This document shows, piece after piece, positions 21,958 through 32,419 of a DNA stretch of 58,996 nt. The translations under genes were made by a program, and so were the position numbers. The notes beneath the pieces were generated by a model, which worked only from the letters and a program-made list of their open reading frames with translations, had not been told where the DNA came from and did not search any database. This DNA is from Streptosporangiaceae bacterium (GTDB taxonomy: Bacteria; Actinomycetota; Actinomycetes; Streptosporangiales; Streptosporangiaceae): positions 1 to 58,996 of the forward strand of contig DATDIH010000057.1 in NCBI GenBank assembly GCA_036521155.1, read 5' to 3'. Each line of letters begins with the position of its first letter. Positions within the stretch are counted from its first letter, which is position 1.

Positions 21958-22395
21958 ATGGAAACTGAGATCATCGAGGTCCGCACCGGTAGCCGCGAGG
22001 GCGTGTTCGACATCACCGGCGAGTGCGAGCGCTTCGTGGCTGGTGTTGCTGGTGCGGCAGGTGCGGCTGGTTCGAACGGTAGCGGCGACGGGCTGCTGAA
22101 CGTGTTCGTGCCGCACGCGACGGCCGGACTCGCGATCATGGAACTCGGCTCCGGCAGTGATCCCGACCTGCTCGCGGTGCTGGCCGAAGTCCTGCCCGCC
22201 GACGACCGCTGGCAGCACGCGCACGGGTCGCGCGGCCACGGCCGGTCGCACGTGATGCCGGCTTTCCTTCCGCCCTACGCCACGATTCCGGTGGTGGGCG
22301 GCCGGCTGGCCCTGGGCACCTGGCAGTCGGTGGCCCTGGTCGACCTGAACGTGGATAACCATGTCCGCCAGGTTCGGCTCTCTTTTTTGGTCTAA
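21958..22395 (+). CDS. YjbQ/UPF0047 family (secondary thiamine-phosphate synthase-like) protein
   Basis: 145 aa. The motifs HATAGLAIME...D and SHVMPAFLPPYATIPVVGGRLALGTWQSVALVDLN are typical of YjbQ. Confidence 0.75.
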   Translation: METEIIEVRTGSREGVFDITGECERFVAGVAGAAGAAGSNGSGDGLLNVFVPHATAGLAIMELGSGSDPDLLAVLAEVLPADDRWQHAHGSRGHGRSHVMPAFLPPYATIPVVGGRLALGTWQSVALVDLNVDNHVRQVRLSFLV

Positions 22396-22494
22396 GGCTG
22401 TGGCGATGACTTCCGGTCCGATTCGGCGTCCCCACTAAAGGACCCTGACGACCAGGCCGGAAGGCCGGAAGGCCGAGAGGCCGGGAGGAGCAGC

Positions 22495-23694
22495 ATGAGC
22501 GCCAAGCTGACCGAAAAAGGCAAACAGCGGCTGCACGAAATCGCCGGGCAGTATGTCGGTGACGGGCGCGACCCGGCCCGCTATCAGGTCCCCGGCCTGG
22601 TCGCCCTGACCGCCTGCGGCGACGACGTGCACGTGGAAGCCCAGGGCAGCATGGCCGTCGGCGGGGCTCCGGTAGCCCGCGACAGCATCTTCCGCATCTC
22701 CTCCGACACCAAGCCGATCACCGCCGCCGCGGTGCTGGCCCTGGTCGCGGAGGGCCGGCTGGACCTGGACGAGCCGGTCGACCGCCTGCTCCCGGAACTG
22801 GCCGACCGCCAGGTGCTGCGGCGGGTGGACGGGCCGCTGGACGACACCGTGCCCGCGGACCGGGCCATCACCCCGCGCGACCTGCTCACGTTCACGTTCG
22901 GGCTGGGCATGATGTTCGAGATGTTCGCCGCGGGCGAGCCGTGGCCGGTGGTGGCCGCGGCCGACGAGTTGCACCTGGCCACGTTCGGGCCGCCCGACCG
23001 CGGCATTCAGCCGGACCCGGACACCTGGATGGCCGGTCTGGGCTCGCTGCCGCTGCTGGCTCAGCCGGGTGAGCGCTGGCTCTACAACACCAGCGCCTCA
23101 GTGCTCGGCGTGCTGGCCGCCCGGGCGGCGGGACAGCCGTTCGGCGACGTGCTGCGGACCCGGGTGTTCGAGCCGCTGGCCATGACCAGCACTGGCCTGT
23201 GGACGGAGCAGACTGGGCGGCTGGTGACGGCGTACCGGCCAGGTGAGAACGGGCTGGTGGCCTGGGACGAGCCGGACGGCCGCTGGAGCCGGCCGCCGGT
23301 GTTCGGGGACGGCGCCGCCGACCTGGTGTCGACCGCTGATGACCTGCTGGCCTTTTCCCGGATGCTGCTGCGCGGCGGCGGCACTGACCGCGGCGACACC
23401 GTGCTGCCGGCCGCACTGGCCCGGGAGATGACCACCGGCCAGCTCACCGCGGGGCAGAAGGCCGCGGGTGGTTTCGGCCCGGACTTCTTCGCCGACAAAT
23501 CCTGGGGCTTCGGCCTGGCCGTGCAGGACGACGGCTCCTACGGCTGGGCCGGCGGGTTCGGCTCGACCTGGCTGATCGACCCGAACCACGACCTGACCGT
23601 CATCGTGCTGACCCAGCGCAGGTTCGCCGGGCCCGCCCCGGAGCCGTTGCACACCGACTACCAGGCCGCCGCCTACCAGGCGCTGGCCGAGTAA
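22495..23694 (+). CDS. Serine hydrolase (beta-lactamase/transpeptidase-like)
   Basis: 399 aa with the SxxK motif in RISSDTKPITAAAV and class-C-like length and organisation. Confidence 0.8.
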   Translation: MSAKLTEKGKQRLHEIAGQYVGDGRDPARYQVPGLVALTACGDDVHVEAQGSMAVGGAPVARDSIFRISSDTKPITAAAVLALVAEGRLDLDEPVDRLLPELADRQVLRRVDGPLDDTVPADRAITPRDLLTFTFGLGMMFEMFAAGEPWPVVAAADELHLATFGPPDRGIQPDPDTWMAGLGSLPLLAQPGERWLYNTSASVLGVLAARAAGQPFGDVLRTRVFEPLAMTSTGLWTEQTGRLVTAYRPGENGLVAWDEPDGRWSRPPVFGDGAADLVSTADDLLAFSRMLLRGGGTDRGDTVLPAALAREMTTGQLTAGQKAAGGFGPDFFADKSWGFGLAVQDDGSYGWAGGFGSTWLIDPNHDLTVIVLTQRRFAGPAPEPLHTDYQAAAYQALAE

Positions 23695-23700
23695 GCGGAC

Positions 23701-25242
23701 TCAGCGGATCCCATCCCAGGCGGCCCGCTCGTGGCCGGCCGGGTCGTCGGCCGCGGTGACCACGTCGGTGAGCAGGCCGGTGGTCCGGGTCTCCGGGTCG
23801 TACGGGGCCCAGCCGGGGGCGCCGCGGGTAATGAAGTCCACCCAGACCTGGTGGACCCGGTTGGCCGTGGCCTGGCTGGGCTGGGATCCGAGCCGCGGCT
23901 CGAGGTCGGCGCCGCCGGCGGTGTCGAACACGAACGGGATCTCCACGCCGTGGCAGGCGCCCAGGTCGTGGTTGCTGGCCGGTTCCGGGTGGTCGAACCG
24001 GTACATCCAGGTCCGCCCGCTGGCCGGGCCGGCTCCGGCGGCACGGGCCTCGGCCACCCGGATGGCGGGCACCCGGAAGAACCAGTCGCTGATCACGGCG
24101 GCCATCAGGTCACCCGGGCGGGCGCCCGGCAGGGCGTCCCGGTAGACGCCGAGACCGTCGCCGGCCAGCCCGTACCCGGCCGCGACCGCCTCCAGCATGC
24201 TGTCGTCGATGACCCCGATGGTCTGCGCGGCGACCAGGAACAGCCGGGCCTCCTCCCGGTTCGAGCCGATCAGCAGCGGCACATCCCGGCCCTGGCCGGC
24301 CACGATCGAGGTCAGCGGGGCGGCCGGCAGCACGGTGCCGTCCACGGTCGGCGCGAACGGCAGCAAGCTCAGGGTCAGCTGCCCCCAGCGGGCCGGGTCG
24401 GGGGTCGTCTGCACCTCGACCACCAGGTCTGAGGCGGCCCGCACCAGCTTGTCCAGCGGCACGGCCTTGATCGCTTCCCGCTCGGCCGGTACCCCGAGCG
24501 CGGCGGCCAGGTAGCCGGCCACCATCGCACCCTCGTCCGGAGTGAGCGTGTGCGCGCCCGCGCCGCTCTCGGCGATGGCCTGCGCGAACAGGCCCTCAGA
24601 CCGCGGCATCGACAGCAGCGTGGTCACGCTCATGGCCCCGGCCGACTCGCCGGCCACCGTGACCCGGGCCGGGTCACCGCCGAACGCCGCGATGTTGTCC
24701 TGCACCCAGCGGAACGCGGCCAGCTGGTCCTGCAGCCCCAGGTTGGCGTCGGTGTCACCCGCCGGACCGGACTCGCCGGTGAACAGGAAGCCCTCGGCGG
24801 CCAGGCGATAGTTGATGGTCACGCACACGACGCCGTCGCGGGCGAACGCGCCGCCGTCGTACTCGAGGACCGACCCGGAGCCGTTCATGAACGACCCGCC
24901 GTGGATCCACACCAGCACCGGCAGTCCGGACACCTGGCCGGTAATCGCCGCTTCCGGCGTCCACACGTTCAGGTTCAGGCAGTCCTCGCCCGCGATCACC
25001 ACCTCGGGAAACAGCGGCTGGTACTGCGGCGGGTAGTCGCCCTTGGGCACCGTCGGCCCGTACGCGGTGGCGTCCCGCTCGCCGCTCCAGGAGGTCACCG
25101 GCTGCGGCGGACGCATCCGGTTGGGCCCGAACGGCGGCGCCGCATACGGCACCCCCAGGAACGCGGCCACGCCGTTCCCGGCCGTGCCGCGGACGGCGCC
25201 GTCACCGAGCTGGACCACGGGATGCCTCGTCGCATCGTTCAT
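23701..25242 (-). CDS. Type-B carboxylesterase/lipase
   Basis: 513 aa with the oxyanion region VWIHGGSF and the nucleophile elbow GESAGA. Confidence 0.85.
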   Translation of the reverse strand: MNDATRHPVVQLGDGAVRGTAGNGVAAFLGVPYAAPPFGPNRMRPPQPVTSWSGERDATAYGPTVPKGDYPPQYQPLFPEVVIAGEDCLNLNVWTPEAAITGQVSGLPVLVWIHGGSFMNGSGSVLEYDGGAFARDGVVCVTINYRLAAEGFLFTGESGPAGDTDANLGLQDQLAAFRWVQDNIAAFGGDPARVTVAGESAGAMSVTTLLSMPRSEGLFAQAIAESGAGAHTLTPDEGAMVAGYLAAALGVPAEREAIKAVPLDKLVRAASDLVVEVQTTPDPARWGQLTLSLLPFAPTVDGTVLPAAPLTSIVAGQGRDVPLLIGSNREEARLFLVAAQTIGVIDDSMLEAVAAGYGLAGDGLGVYRDALPGARPGDLMAAVISDWFFRVPAIRVAEARAAGAGPASGRTWMYRFDHPEPASNHDLGACHGVEIPFVFDTAGGADLEPRLGSQPSQATANRVHQVWVDFITRGAPGWAPYDPETRTTGLLTDVVTAADDPAGHERAAWDGIR

Positions 25243-25311
25243 AGCCTCATGATGCCCAAAGGGCCGGGTTTCGCCTAGTCGGCGAAGCCCGGCCCCAAGG
25301 GGTTGAAACTG

Positions 25312-28152
25312 CTAGCCGCGCACCTCGGGCTGGTTCTCCGTCTCCGGGCGGCCCGGGACGTTGGCCTGGACCGTGGCCTGCGGGTCCTGCAGGGCCTCGC
25401 TGACCGGCCGGTCCAGCCGGTACTTCTCGATGGCCTGGCCCAGCACGTCCGGCTTGACCTCGCCGCTCTTGGCCAGCTGGCTGAGCACAGCCACCGTGAC
25501 CGACTCCGCGTCCACGTGGAAGAAGCGGCGGGCCGCGGCCCGGGTGTCGGAGAAGCCGAAGCCGTCGGTGCCGAGCGAGGTGTACGAAGCCGGCACCCAG
25601 CGGGCGATCTGGTCCGGGACGGCCCGGATCCAGTCGCTCACCGCGACGACCGGCCCCGGCCGTCCGTCCAGCGCCTGGGTCACGTACGGGACCCGGTGGT
25701 CGGCGTCGGGGTGCAGCAGGTTCCACTCCTCGGCCGCCATCGCGTCCCGCCGCAGCTCGGTCCACGAGGTCGCCGACCACACCGATGCGGACACGCCCCA
25801 GTCGTCGGCCAGCAGCTGCTGAGCCTGGAGCGCGGCCCGTACGGCCACCCCAGAGGCCAGGATCTGAGCCTGCGGATGGTCGCCGTTGCCGTCGGGCTGA
25901 GCAGCGGGCGCGGGCGCGTACTCGTACAGCCCGCGCAGGATGCCCCGCTCCAGCGCGGCCTGGCCGCCCGGGTAGTTGACCGGCTCGGCAGGCTGCGGGT
26001 ACGGCTCGTTGTAAATGGTCAGGTAGTAGAAGATGTTCTCGCCCTCGGGGTGATCCGGGGTCGAGGTGTACATCCGCCGCAGCGCGTCCTTGACCACGTA
26101 GGCGATCTCGAACGCCCAGGCCGGGTCGTACGACAAGCAGGCCTCGCTGACCGAGGCCAGCAGGACGGAGTGGCCGTCGTTGTGCTGCAGGCCCTCACCG
26201 GTCAGCGTGGTCCGCCCGGCGGTGGCGCCGAGCAGGAACCCGCGGCCAAGCTGGTCGCCGAGCGCCCACATCTGGTCGCCGGTCCGCTGCCAGCCGAACA
26301 TCGAATAGAAGATGTAGATCGGGATCATGTGCGTGCTGTGCGTGGCGTAGGAGGTGCCGGCCGCGATCATCGAGCCCATCGCGCCGTCCTCGTTGATCCC
26401 CTCGTGCAGGATCTGGCCCTTCTCGGACTCCTTGTACGACAGCAGCAGGTTGCGGTCCACGGCCTCGTAGGTCTGCCCGTGCGGCGAGTAGATCTTGGCC
26501 GACGGGAACAGCGAGTCCATGCCGAACGTGCGCGCCTCGTCCGGGATGATCGGCACGAACCGGGCGCCGATCTCCTTGTCCTTCATCAGCTCCTTGAGGA
26601 GCCGGACAAAGGCCATGGTGGTGGCGATCGGCTGCTTGCCGGAGCCCTTCTTGAGCTCGTCGTAGGTCTTGTCCGGTACCGGCGGCAGTGGCTTGGCCCG
26701 TACGACACGCTTGGGCAGTTCGCCGCCCAGGGCGGCCCGCCGCTCCTTCATGTACTGGATCTCGTCGGAGTCCTCGCCCGGGTGGTAGTAGGGCGGCAGG
26801 TCCGCTTCCAGCGCCTTGTCCGAGATCGGCAGGTACAGCCGGTCGCGGAACTCCTTCAGCTCGGCGTGGGTGAGCTTCTTCATCTGGTGGGTGGCGTTGC
26901 GGGCCTCGAAGTCCGGCCCCAGCGTCCAGCCCTTGATGGTGTGGGTGAGGATCACCGTCGGCTGGCCGACGTGCTCACGGGCCGACTTGAAGGCCGCGTA
27001 GACCTTGCGGTAGTCGTGCCCGCCGCGGGACAGGTTGCGCAGGTCGTCGTCGGACAGGTGCTCAACCATCTTGCGCAGCCGCGGGTCACCGCCGAAGAAG
27101 TTGTCCCGGATGTACCCGCCGCTCTCCACCGAGTAGGTCTGGAATTGCCCGTCCGGCGTGCTGTTCATCTTGTTGACCAGCACACCGTCGGTGTCCTGGG
27201 CCAGCAGCGGGTCCCAGTCGCGACCCCAGATGACCTTGATCACGTTCCAGCCTGCGCCGCGGAAGTACGCTTCCAGCTCCTGGATGATCTTGCCATTGCC
27301 GCGAACGGGTCCGTCCAGCCGCTGCAGGTTGCAATTGATAACGAAGGTCAGGTTGTCGAGTTCCTCGCGAGCCGCGAGCCCGATCGCACCGAGTGCCTCG
27401 GGCTCGTCCATCTCGCCGTCGCCGAGGAACGCCCAGACGTGCGAGCGGCTGGTGTCGTGCAGCTCTCGCGCCAGCAGGTACCGGTTGAACCGGGCCTGGT
27501 AGATGGCGTTGAGCGGGCCGAGGCCCATGGAGACGGTGGGGAACTCCCAGAAGTCCGGCATCAGCCGCGGGTGCGGGTACGACGGCAGGCCGCCGCCCGG
27601 GTGGGACAGTTCCTGGCGGAACCCGTCCAGGCGCTGCTCGCTCAGCCGGCCCTCGAGGAACGCACGGGCGTAGATACCGGGGGCCGCGTGCCCCTGGAAG
27701 AAGACCTGGTCGCCGGATTCGCCATGGTCCTTGCCGTGGAAGAAGTGGTTGAAGCCCACCTCGTACAGGCTGGCCGCGGACGCGTAGGTGGCGATGTGGC
27801 CGCCCACGCCCAGGCCCGGCCGGTTCGCGCGGGAGACCATGACCGCCGCGTTCCACCGGATGTAGGCCCGGATCCGGCGTTCGACGTACTCGTCGCCCGG
27901 GAACCATGGCTCGCGCTCCGGCGGGATGGTGTTGATGAAATCGGTGCTGCGCAGTCCCGGCACGCCGACCTGCTGCTCACGCGCCCGCTCCAGCAGCCGG
28001 AGCATCACGTACCGGGCGCGCCCGCGGCCGCGGGTCTGCACGACCGTGTCGAATGAATCGACCCATTCCTTGGTCTCGTCTGGATCGATGTCAGGCAGCT
28101 GGGTCGGAAGCCCGTCATTGATGATCGAGAAGCGCTGGCGTCCGGAAGCCAC
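25312..28152 (-). CDS. aceE: Pyruvate dehydrogenase E1 component, homodimeric type (AceE)
   Basis: 946 aa. N-terminus [18 protein letters not shown], ThDP motif [14 protein letters not shown] start with GGAAGGCGAGG upstream. Confidence 0.95.
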   Translation of the reverse strand: MASGRQRFSIINDGLPTQLPDIDPDETKEWVDSFDTVVQTRGRGRARYVMLRLLERAREQQVGVPGLRSTDFINTIPPEREPWFPGDEYVERRIRAYIRWNAAVMVSRANRPGLGVGGHIATYASAASLYEVGFNHFFHGKDHGESGDQVFFQGHAAPGIYARAFLEGRLSEQRLDGFRQELSHPGGGLPSYPHPRLMPDFWEFPTVSMGLGPLNAIYQARFNRYLLARELHDTSRSHVWAFLGDGEMDEPEALGAIGLAAREELDNLTFVINCNLQRLDGPVRGNGKIIQELEAYFRGAGWNVIKVIWGRDWDPLLAQDTDGVLVNKMNSTPDGQFQTYSVESGGYIRDNFFGGDPRLRKMVEHLSDDDLRNLSRGGHDYRKVYAAFKSAREHVGQPTVILTHTIKGWTLGPDFEARNATHQMKKLTHAELKEFRDRLYLPISDKALEADLPPYYHPGEDSDEIQYMKERRAALGGELPKRVVRAKPLPPVPDKTYDELKKGSGKQPIATTMAFVRLLKELMKDKEIGARFVPIIPDEARTFGMDSLFPSAKIYSPHGQTYEAVDRNLLLSYKESEKGQILHEGINEDGAMGSMIAAGTSYATHSTHMIPIYIFYSMFGWQRTGDQMWALGDQLGRGFLLGATAGRTTLTGEGLQHNDGHSVLLASVSEACLSYDPAWAFEIAYVVKDALRRMYTSTPDHPEGENIFYYLTIYNEPYPQPAEPVNYPGGQAALERGILRGLYEYAPAPAAQPDGNGDHPQAQILASGVAVRAALQAQQLLADDWGVSASVWSATSWTELRRDAMAAEEWNLLHPDADHRVPYVTQALDGRPGPVVAVSDWIRAVPDQIARWVPASYTSLGTDGFGFSDTRAAARRFFHVDAESVTVAVLSQLAKSGEVKPDVLGQAIEKYRLDRPVSEALQDPQATVQANVPGRPETENQPEVRG

Positions 28153-28529
28153 GGGGTAGCCTCGCCTTCCGCTAGTTCAGGGCGGCTGTCCGCCGCATGT
28201 TTTTCGATGATGTCCAGACCAATCGTCCTGCGTTTGGCCGGGAAATGCATCTCTACTACACGGTAACCGCGCGCGTGTGCGGGTGGTCCCGGGGCAGGTG
28301 CGGACAGGCCGGATGGAGCCGGACGGATGGGACAGCGGGCCAAAATCAGCCAGGAGTTTTACCGGGTAGCGGCGATTGGCACTTGCGCACAAGGGCTTGG
28401 GCGTGTGAACTGTCCCAACAAGTAGTGCTGACGCGGTCATCGCCCCGGCACGGAACCACGGTAAGGGGCCGGGGTTCACGGGCCGGACAACAGGGCGCGG
28501 TGACGCGGGGAGGGTGCAGGAGGACGTCA

Positions 28530-28958
28530 GTGAGCGCGACCGCGGGCCAGGCCCAGGACCAACGCGGGCAGGCCGAACGGCTCGGTATCAAGCCGGGCCA
28601 GGTGGTGCAGGAGATCGGCTATGACGACGATTGCGACGAGGATTTGCGCGACGCGATCGGCGACGTGGACGGCATAGAGCTGGTCGGCGAGGACTACGAC
28701 GACGTGGTCGACGTGGTCATGCTGTGGTGGCGGGATGAGGACGGAGACCTCGTGGACGCCTTGGTCGACGCTCTGACGCCGCTCACCGACGGGGGGTACA
28801 TCTGGCTGCTCACGCCGAAGGCGGGCCGGGACGGGCATGTCGAGCCGAGTGACATCGGCGAGGCTGCGCCCACCGCGGGTCTGTCCCAGACGTCGAGCAT
28901 CAGCGCCGCCCGTGACTGGTCCGGATCGCGACTGGTGGCTCCGCGCGCCCGCCGCTGA
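28530..28958 (+). CDS. DUF3052 family protein (Rv2239c-like)
   Basis: The GTG at 28530 follows GGAGGAC. The acidic 142-aa product contains LGIKPGQVVQEIGYDDDCDEDL. It sits between aceE and ahpE, as in mycobacteria. The track ORF start (28197) is an upstream extension. Confidence 0.7.
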   Translation: MSATAGQAQDQRGQAERLGIKPGQVVQEIGYDDDCDEDLRDAIGDVDGIELVGEDYDDVVDVVMLWWRDEDGDLVDALVDALTPLTDGGYIWLLTPKAGRDGHVEPSDIGEAAPTAGLSQTSSISAARDWSGSRLVAPRARR

Positions 28959-29053
28959 GGAGTTCATGGTCTCCCGGTAGTGGCAGACTTGGCCGCGTAC
29001 GCAGTTTTGGCTGCGGCGCGGTTAAGTAACCCACTAGGGAGAGGACCTCAGGC

Positions 29054-29515
29054 ATGGCGGTGGAGATCGGCGAGCAGGCCCCCGACTTCGAGCTGACCGA
29101 CCAGCATGGCACGCCGGTCAAGCTGTCGGATTTCCGCGGCTCGAAGAATGTCGTCGTGGTCTTCTACCCGCTGGCGTTCAGCGGTGTGTGCAGCGGTGAG
29201 CTGTGCGCGATCCGCGATGAGTTCCCGGAGATCACCCGGGATGACGTGGAGATGCTGACCGTGTCGGTGGACTCGATGTTCACCCACCGGGCCTGGGCCG
29301 ACGCCGAAGGTTTCAATTTCGAATTGCTGTCGGATTTCTGGCCGCACGGCGATGTGGCCCGGTCCTATGGTGTCTTCGACGATGACCGGGGCCTGGCCAT
29401 TCGGGGCACCTTCATCATCGACAAGGCCGGCGTCGTGCGGTGGAAGGTCGTGAACCCGATCCCGCAGGCGCGCGACATCAGCGAGTACCAGAAGGCGCTC
29501 GCGGCGCTGGATTGA
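29054..29515 (+). CDS. ahpE: AhpE-like 1-Cys peroxiredoxin
   Basis: 153 aa with the peroxidatic Cys in VVFYPLAFSGVCSGE and a thioredoxin fold. Confidence 0.85.
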   Translation: MAVEIGEQAPDFELTDQHGTPVKLSDFRGSKNVVVVFYPLAFSGVCSGELCAIRDEFPEITRDDVEMLTVSVDSMFTHRAWADAEGFNFELLSDFWPHGDVARSYGVFDDDRGLAIRGTFIIDKAGVVRWKVVNPIPQARDISEYQKALAALD

Positions 29516-29559
29516 CCTGGCTGCCCCTGGCGGGCAGGTGCACGGCACGATTGGAGTAG

Positions 29560-29934
29560 ATGGCGGGGATGCCCTGCTACCACTGCGGTACGCGGCAGGT
29601 CGACCCGGACCAGGGGCCCAGCCCCTGGGGGCGGGGCCTGCTCGACGACCATCAGATCCTGATCTGCCCCGCCTGCCAGGGGCAGCGCGACTGGACGGCC
29701 GACCTGGACCGATGCGGCCGATGCGGCAGCGCCCACCTGGTCCGCCGCCTCGATGAGGTCGAATGCCGGGACTGCGGGCTCATCCGCCTGACCGGCACCG
29801 TCCCGCTCGCCCGCGCCTCCAGTGACCTGGACGGGGCCGCGTCCCCGCCGCCCGACCCCGAACTGGCCGCCGAGGTCGAACGCGCCCTGGCCAAGGTCCT
29901 GGGCAAGACCGCCAAGGTCATCGCCGCCCCCTGA
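29560..29934 (+). CDS. Small zinc-ribbon protein (four CxxC pairs)
   Basis: 124 aa with CYHC...CPAC...CGRC...CRDC. The function is not recognisable. An ATG at 29569 is an alternative start. Confidence 0.5.
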   Translation: MAGMPCYHCGTRQVDPDQGPSPWGRGLLDDHQILICPACQGQRDWTADLDRCGRCGSAHLVRRLDEVECRDCGLIRLTGTVPLARASSDLDGAASPPPDPELAAEVERALAKVLGKTAKVIAAP

Positions 29935-29962
29935 GGTCAGGGTCCTGTCGCGGTCGTCAGCT

Positions 29963-31936
29963 TCAGGCGTGACTCTCCTGGTAGAGACGCTGCGCCATGG
30001 CCTGATGGTGTCGTGAAAGCCCCGGATCCACGGCTTCCACCGCCTGCCGCGCGAGGTCGGCCACGGCGGCACGGTCGGTCCGCTCCGCGACTCGGGCCGC
30101 GTACAGCAGGACGAAGCCGTTCTGGCGGGCCGCGTTGATGGCCGCGTCGATGTCCTTCCGAGCCGCGTCCCAATCATCCAGCTGGGCGTGGGCCAGCCCC
30201 CGGGCAGCTTGGGCCGAAGGCGGTACGGGGCTCTGCAGCCGCTCGAGGTCGCGGAGCGCGGGCCGGGCATCGCCCAGATCGGCGAGGATCTCGCCCCGGG
30301 CCGCGATCGCTTCGCGGTTCCCGCCGTTGGTGCTCAGGGCCCCGTCGAGAATTGCGACGGCGGCGCGTCCTTCGCCCAGCCACCACAGCGCGCGAGCCAG
30401 TCCCGCCTGCAGGATGGGATCGTCCGGCCCACGGTCCGAGGCCTTGAGCAACTGGTCCCGGGCGTCGCCCAGCTGTCCTTGGTCGATCAGGGTCTGTCCC
30501 ACGGCAGCAAGCTGATAGGCCACGGCGTTGGTGTCGTTTACCGCCGCGAATGCCTCGGCCGCCTGGCGGTACCAGGGCGCCGCGTCGCGCGGTTTCTCCC
30601 GCTCGTAAGCGATGTTGCCCAGCAATGAGCTGGCTTCGGCGCGAAGCCGGAGGTCCACTTCGCCGGCGGCGCGGAGGGTCAGCCGGGCGTAGTGCTCCGC
30701 CGAATCCAGCTCGGACAGGCTCAGCATCCGTTCGGCGGCTCGCAGGTGGCTCTCAGGCGGCGAGGAGGCGGCGGGCCCGACGGCGGCATCGCCCAGCGGT
30801 TCGATCAGCCGGTCGCTGAGAAGCTCATACCAGCGTGAGCCGGGTCGCTGACTGGCCCGCAGCAGATGCTGGTCCTCGAGGGCCCTGACGACCGCATTCG
30901 GCATGCCTGCGGTGACCGTAGCCCCCTCGTACGTGCCGGTGCGCCGGCCGTGCTCGGTGACGAAGGTCTTGATCAGCCAGCGCCGCAGGCGAGAGGCGGT
31001 CACCTCGTGCTCCTCGGCGACCGTGGCCACGGCGTCACCGCAGTATTCGGAGAGCGCCGCGGTCACGTCCCCGTAGCGGCGTACGTCGCGAGTGGCGATG
31101 ACCTTGAGGTCTGCGGGCAGGGTTCGCCACAAGCGAGAGCAGGACACCTGCAGCAGCACCGGCTCGACCGACTCGCTGAAGCTGACCTGCTCGGTGCCGT
31201 CGTCACTGATCAGATTGCTCGTCTGGAGGTCGGTGACCAGGGCGGCGGCGGCGCCACGTTCGAAGGCCCGGCCGGTGCGCTCCAGCGGTCTTTTCACCGC
31301 GTCCAGCGCGCCGCCCGGGCTGAGCGGCCGGACGTCGTAGCGTGCAGCCTGGCGGAAAGCCTTACCCAGCGATGCGCTTGCCTCAGCCCGGACCATCAGC
31401 AGCAAATGCAGCCGGCTGTGCTGTTCCAGTGCGGCCTGGAGCCCCTGGATGAACCTGCGCCGGTGGCTCCACCGGGGCCCGGAGTCGGTGAGCAGTTCTT
31501 CCGCCTGATCGATGACGGCCAGGATCGGTGCGTCGTGCCGTTCGGCCCGCCGCGCAATGAAGTCGGCGATGCTGACCCCGGCCAGGCGCGTTGGTGGTGT
31601 GCCCGGTGACCAGGAACTGAGCAGAGCAATCGAGTACGGGTTCTGCGACGGTAGTGCCGCCCACGGGAATGCGGCGCCGTGCGAGATCCGTCCCGGGGGC
31701 AGCACGTCGGCCTTCCCGGCCTCGACTAATGGCAGCACGCCCGCCTGGAGCAGCGAAGTCTTACCGATCCCCGCGGGCCCGGCAGCGATGCTCAGCCGGC
31801 ATTTCTGCCACAATTTGGCCAGCGCATGCGATTCTTCGTCGCGCCCGAAAAAGCGATCGCGATCACCGTCTTCGAAAGGATGGTCACCGGGGTAAGGCGC
31901 ATCCTTAGTCCGGGGCTTCGCGCCGGTCATCGTCAC
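29963..31936 (-). CDS. nSTAND1-type P-loop NTPase fused to C-terminal TPR repeats
   Basis: 657 aa with a GTG start. The N-terminus is YPGDHPFEDGDRDRFFGRDEE, followed by Walker A AGPAGIGKTSLLQAG and Walker B ILAVIDQAEELL. The C-terminal ~250 aa are TPR-like. It lies 108 nt downstream of the fxsA-like ORF on the same strand. Confidence 0.8.
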   Translation of the reverse strand: MTMTGAKPRTKDAPYPGDHPFEDGDRDRFFGRDEESHALAKLWQKCRLSIAAGPAGIGKTSLLQAGVLPLVEAGKADVLPPGRISHGAAFPWAALPSQNPYSIALLSSWSPGTPPTRLAGVSIADFIARRAERHDAPILAVIDQAEELLTDSGPRWSHRRRFIQGLQAALEQHSRLHLLLMVRAEASASLGKAFRQAARYDVRPLSPGGALDAVKRPLERTGRAFERGAAAALVTDLQTSNLISDDGTEQVSFSESVEPVLLQVSCSRLWRTLPADLKVIATRDVRRYGDVTAALSEYCGDAVATVAEEHEVTASRLRRWLIKTFVTEHGRRTGTYEGATVTAGMPNAVVRALEDQHLLRASQRPGSRWYELLSDRLIEPLGDAAVGPAASSPPESHLRAAERMLSLSELDSAEHYARLTLRAAGEVDLRLRAEASSLLGNIAYEREKPRDAAPWYRQAAEAFAAVNDTNAVAYQLAAVGQTLIDQGQLGDARDQLLKASDRGPDDPILQAGLARALWWLGEGRAAVAILDGALSTNGGNREAIAARGEILADLGDARPALRDLERLQSPVPPSAQAARGLAHAQLDDWDAARKDIDAAINAARQNGFVLLYAARVAERTDRAAVADLARQAVEAVDPGLSRHHQAMAQRLYQESHA

Positions 31937-32044
31937 AACAGCCCATCCACTGCCACTTGTCTTGCCAGGCCAGATTCAAGGGCTCGCCGGATTCGCCGGT
32001 GATAGGGCCGGCGTTGCGGAACCGGTGAAGCGATTGCCCTCTGC

Positions 32045-32185
32045 TCAGATACTAGACTGAAATCCCTTGACTTCACGACGCTTGGTGAACGTCAGTATCT
32101 CGTCCAGCGCAGTCGGGCCAGCCGGAGCCTTCTGGTCTGTCTCCGCCGAAACGCCGTCACCTGCGGATTTGATGCTGTAGTCCAT
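32045..32185 (-). CDS. fxsA: FxSxx-COOH (FxsA-like) RiPP precursor peptide, 46 aa; not in the supplied ORF track
   Basis: My hand translation of the minus strand gives MDYSIKSAGDGVSAETDQKAPAGPTALDEILTFTKRREVKGFQSSI*. AGGAG lies 6 nt upstream of the ATG. The C-terminus F-Q-S-S-I-COOH fits the FxSxx-COOH motif. An FxsB-type rSAM and an FxsT-type TPR protein are within 3 kb. Confidence 0.7.
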   Translation of the reverse strand: MDYSIKSAGDGVSAETDQKAPAGPTALDEILTFTKRREVKGFQSSI

Positions 32186-32419
32186 GCTGCGCTCCTAACG
32201 TGGTCGGCGTCCAGTGGCGCGGTCCACGTGATGCCACCCGACAAGCGTCAATTGAGAAATACGTGAGTCTCAGTGGTTTGTCGAGTGGTAAATTCCAGAA
32301 ATTTTTGGCCATATATTAACGTGTGGCTCAGGAGTAACTTCATTCTCAGGTGCAACATGATCGGAGCCAATTTAACTTGCGTCATTTGACGCTATCGCCG
32401 AAACAATAGCGAGCTTAAA

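Noticed and set aside
28197-28529. An upstream 111-codon extension of the DUF3052 ORF.
   Set aside because: The sequence does not look like coding sequence. The GTG at 28530 has a GGAGGAC SD and yields the usual ~140-aa acidic DUF3052 protein.
29963-31936. Calling the nSTAND1+TPR protein an Avs-type antiphage defence gene.
   Set aside because: It has no N-terminal effector (nuclease, TIR, protease or similar) and no other defence genes adjacent. Its linkage to the Fxs peptide genes is the better-supported context. A conflict role is kept only as a hypothesis.
32357-32389. A 10-codon mini-ORF (MIGANLTCVI) in the fxsT leader.
   Set aside because: It has no convincing SD and no FxSxx-like C-terminus. 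It is indistinguishable from a chance ORF in AT-rich DNA.
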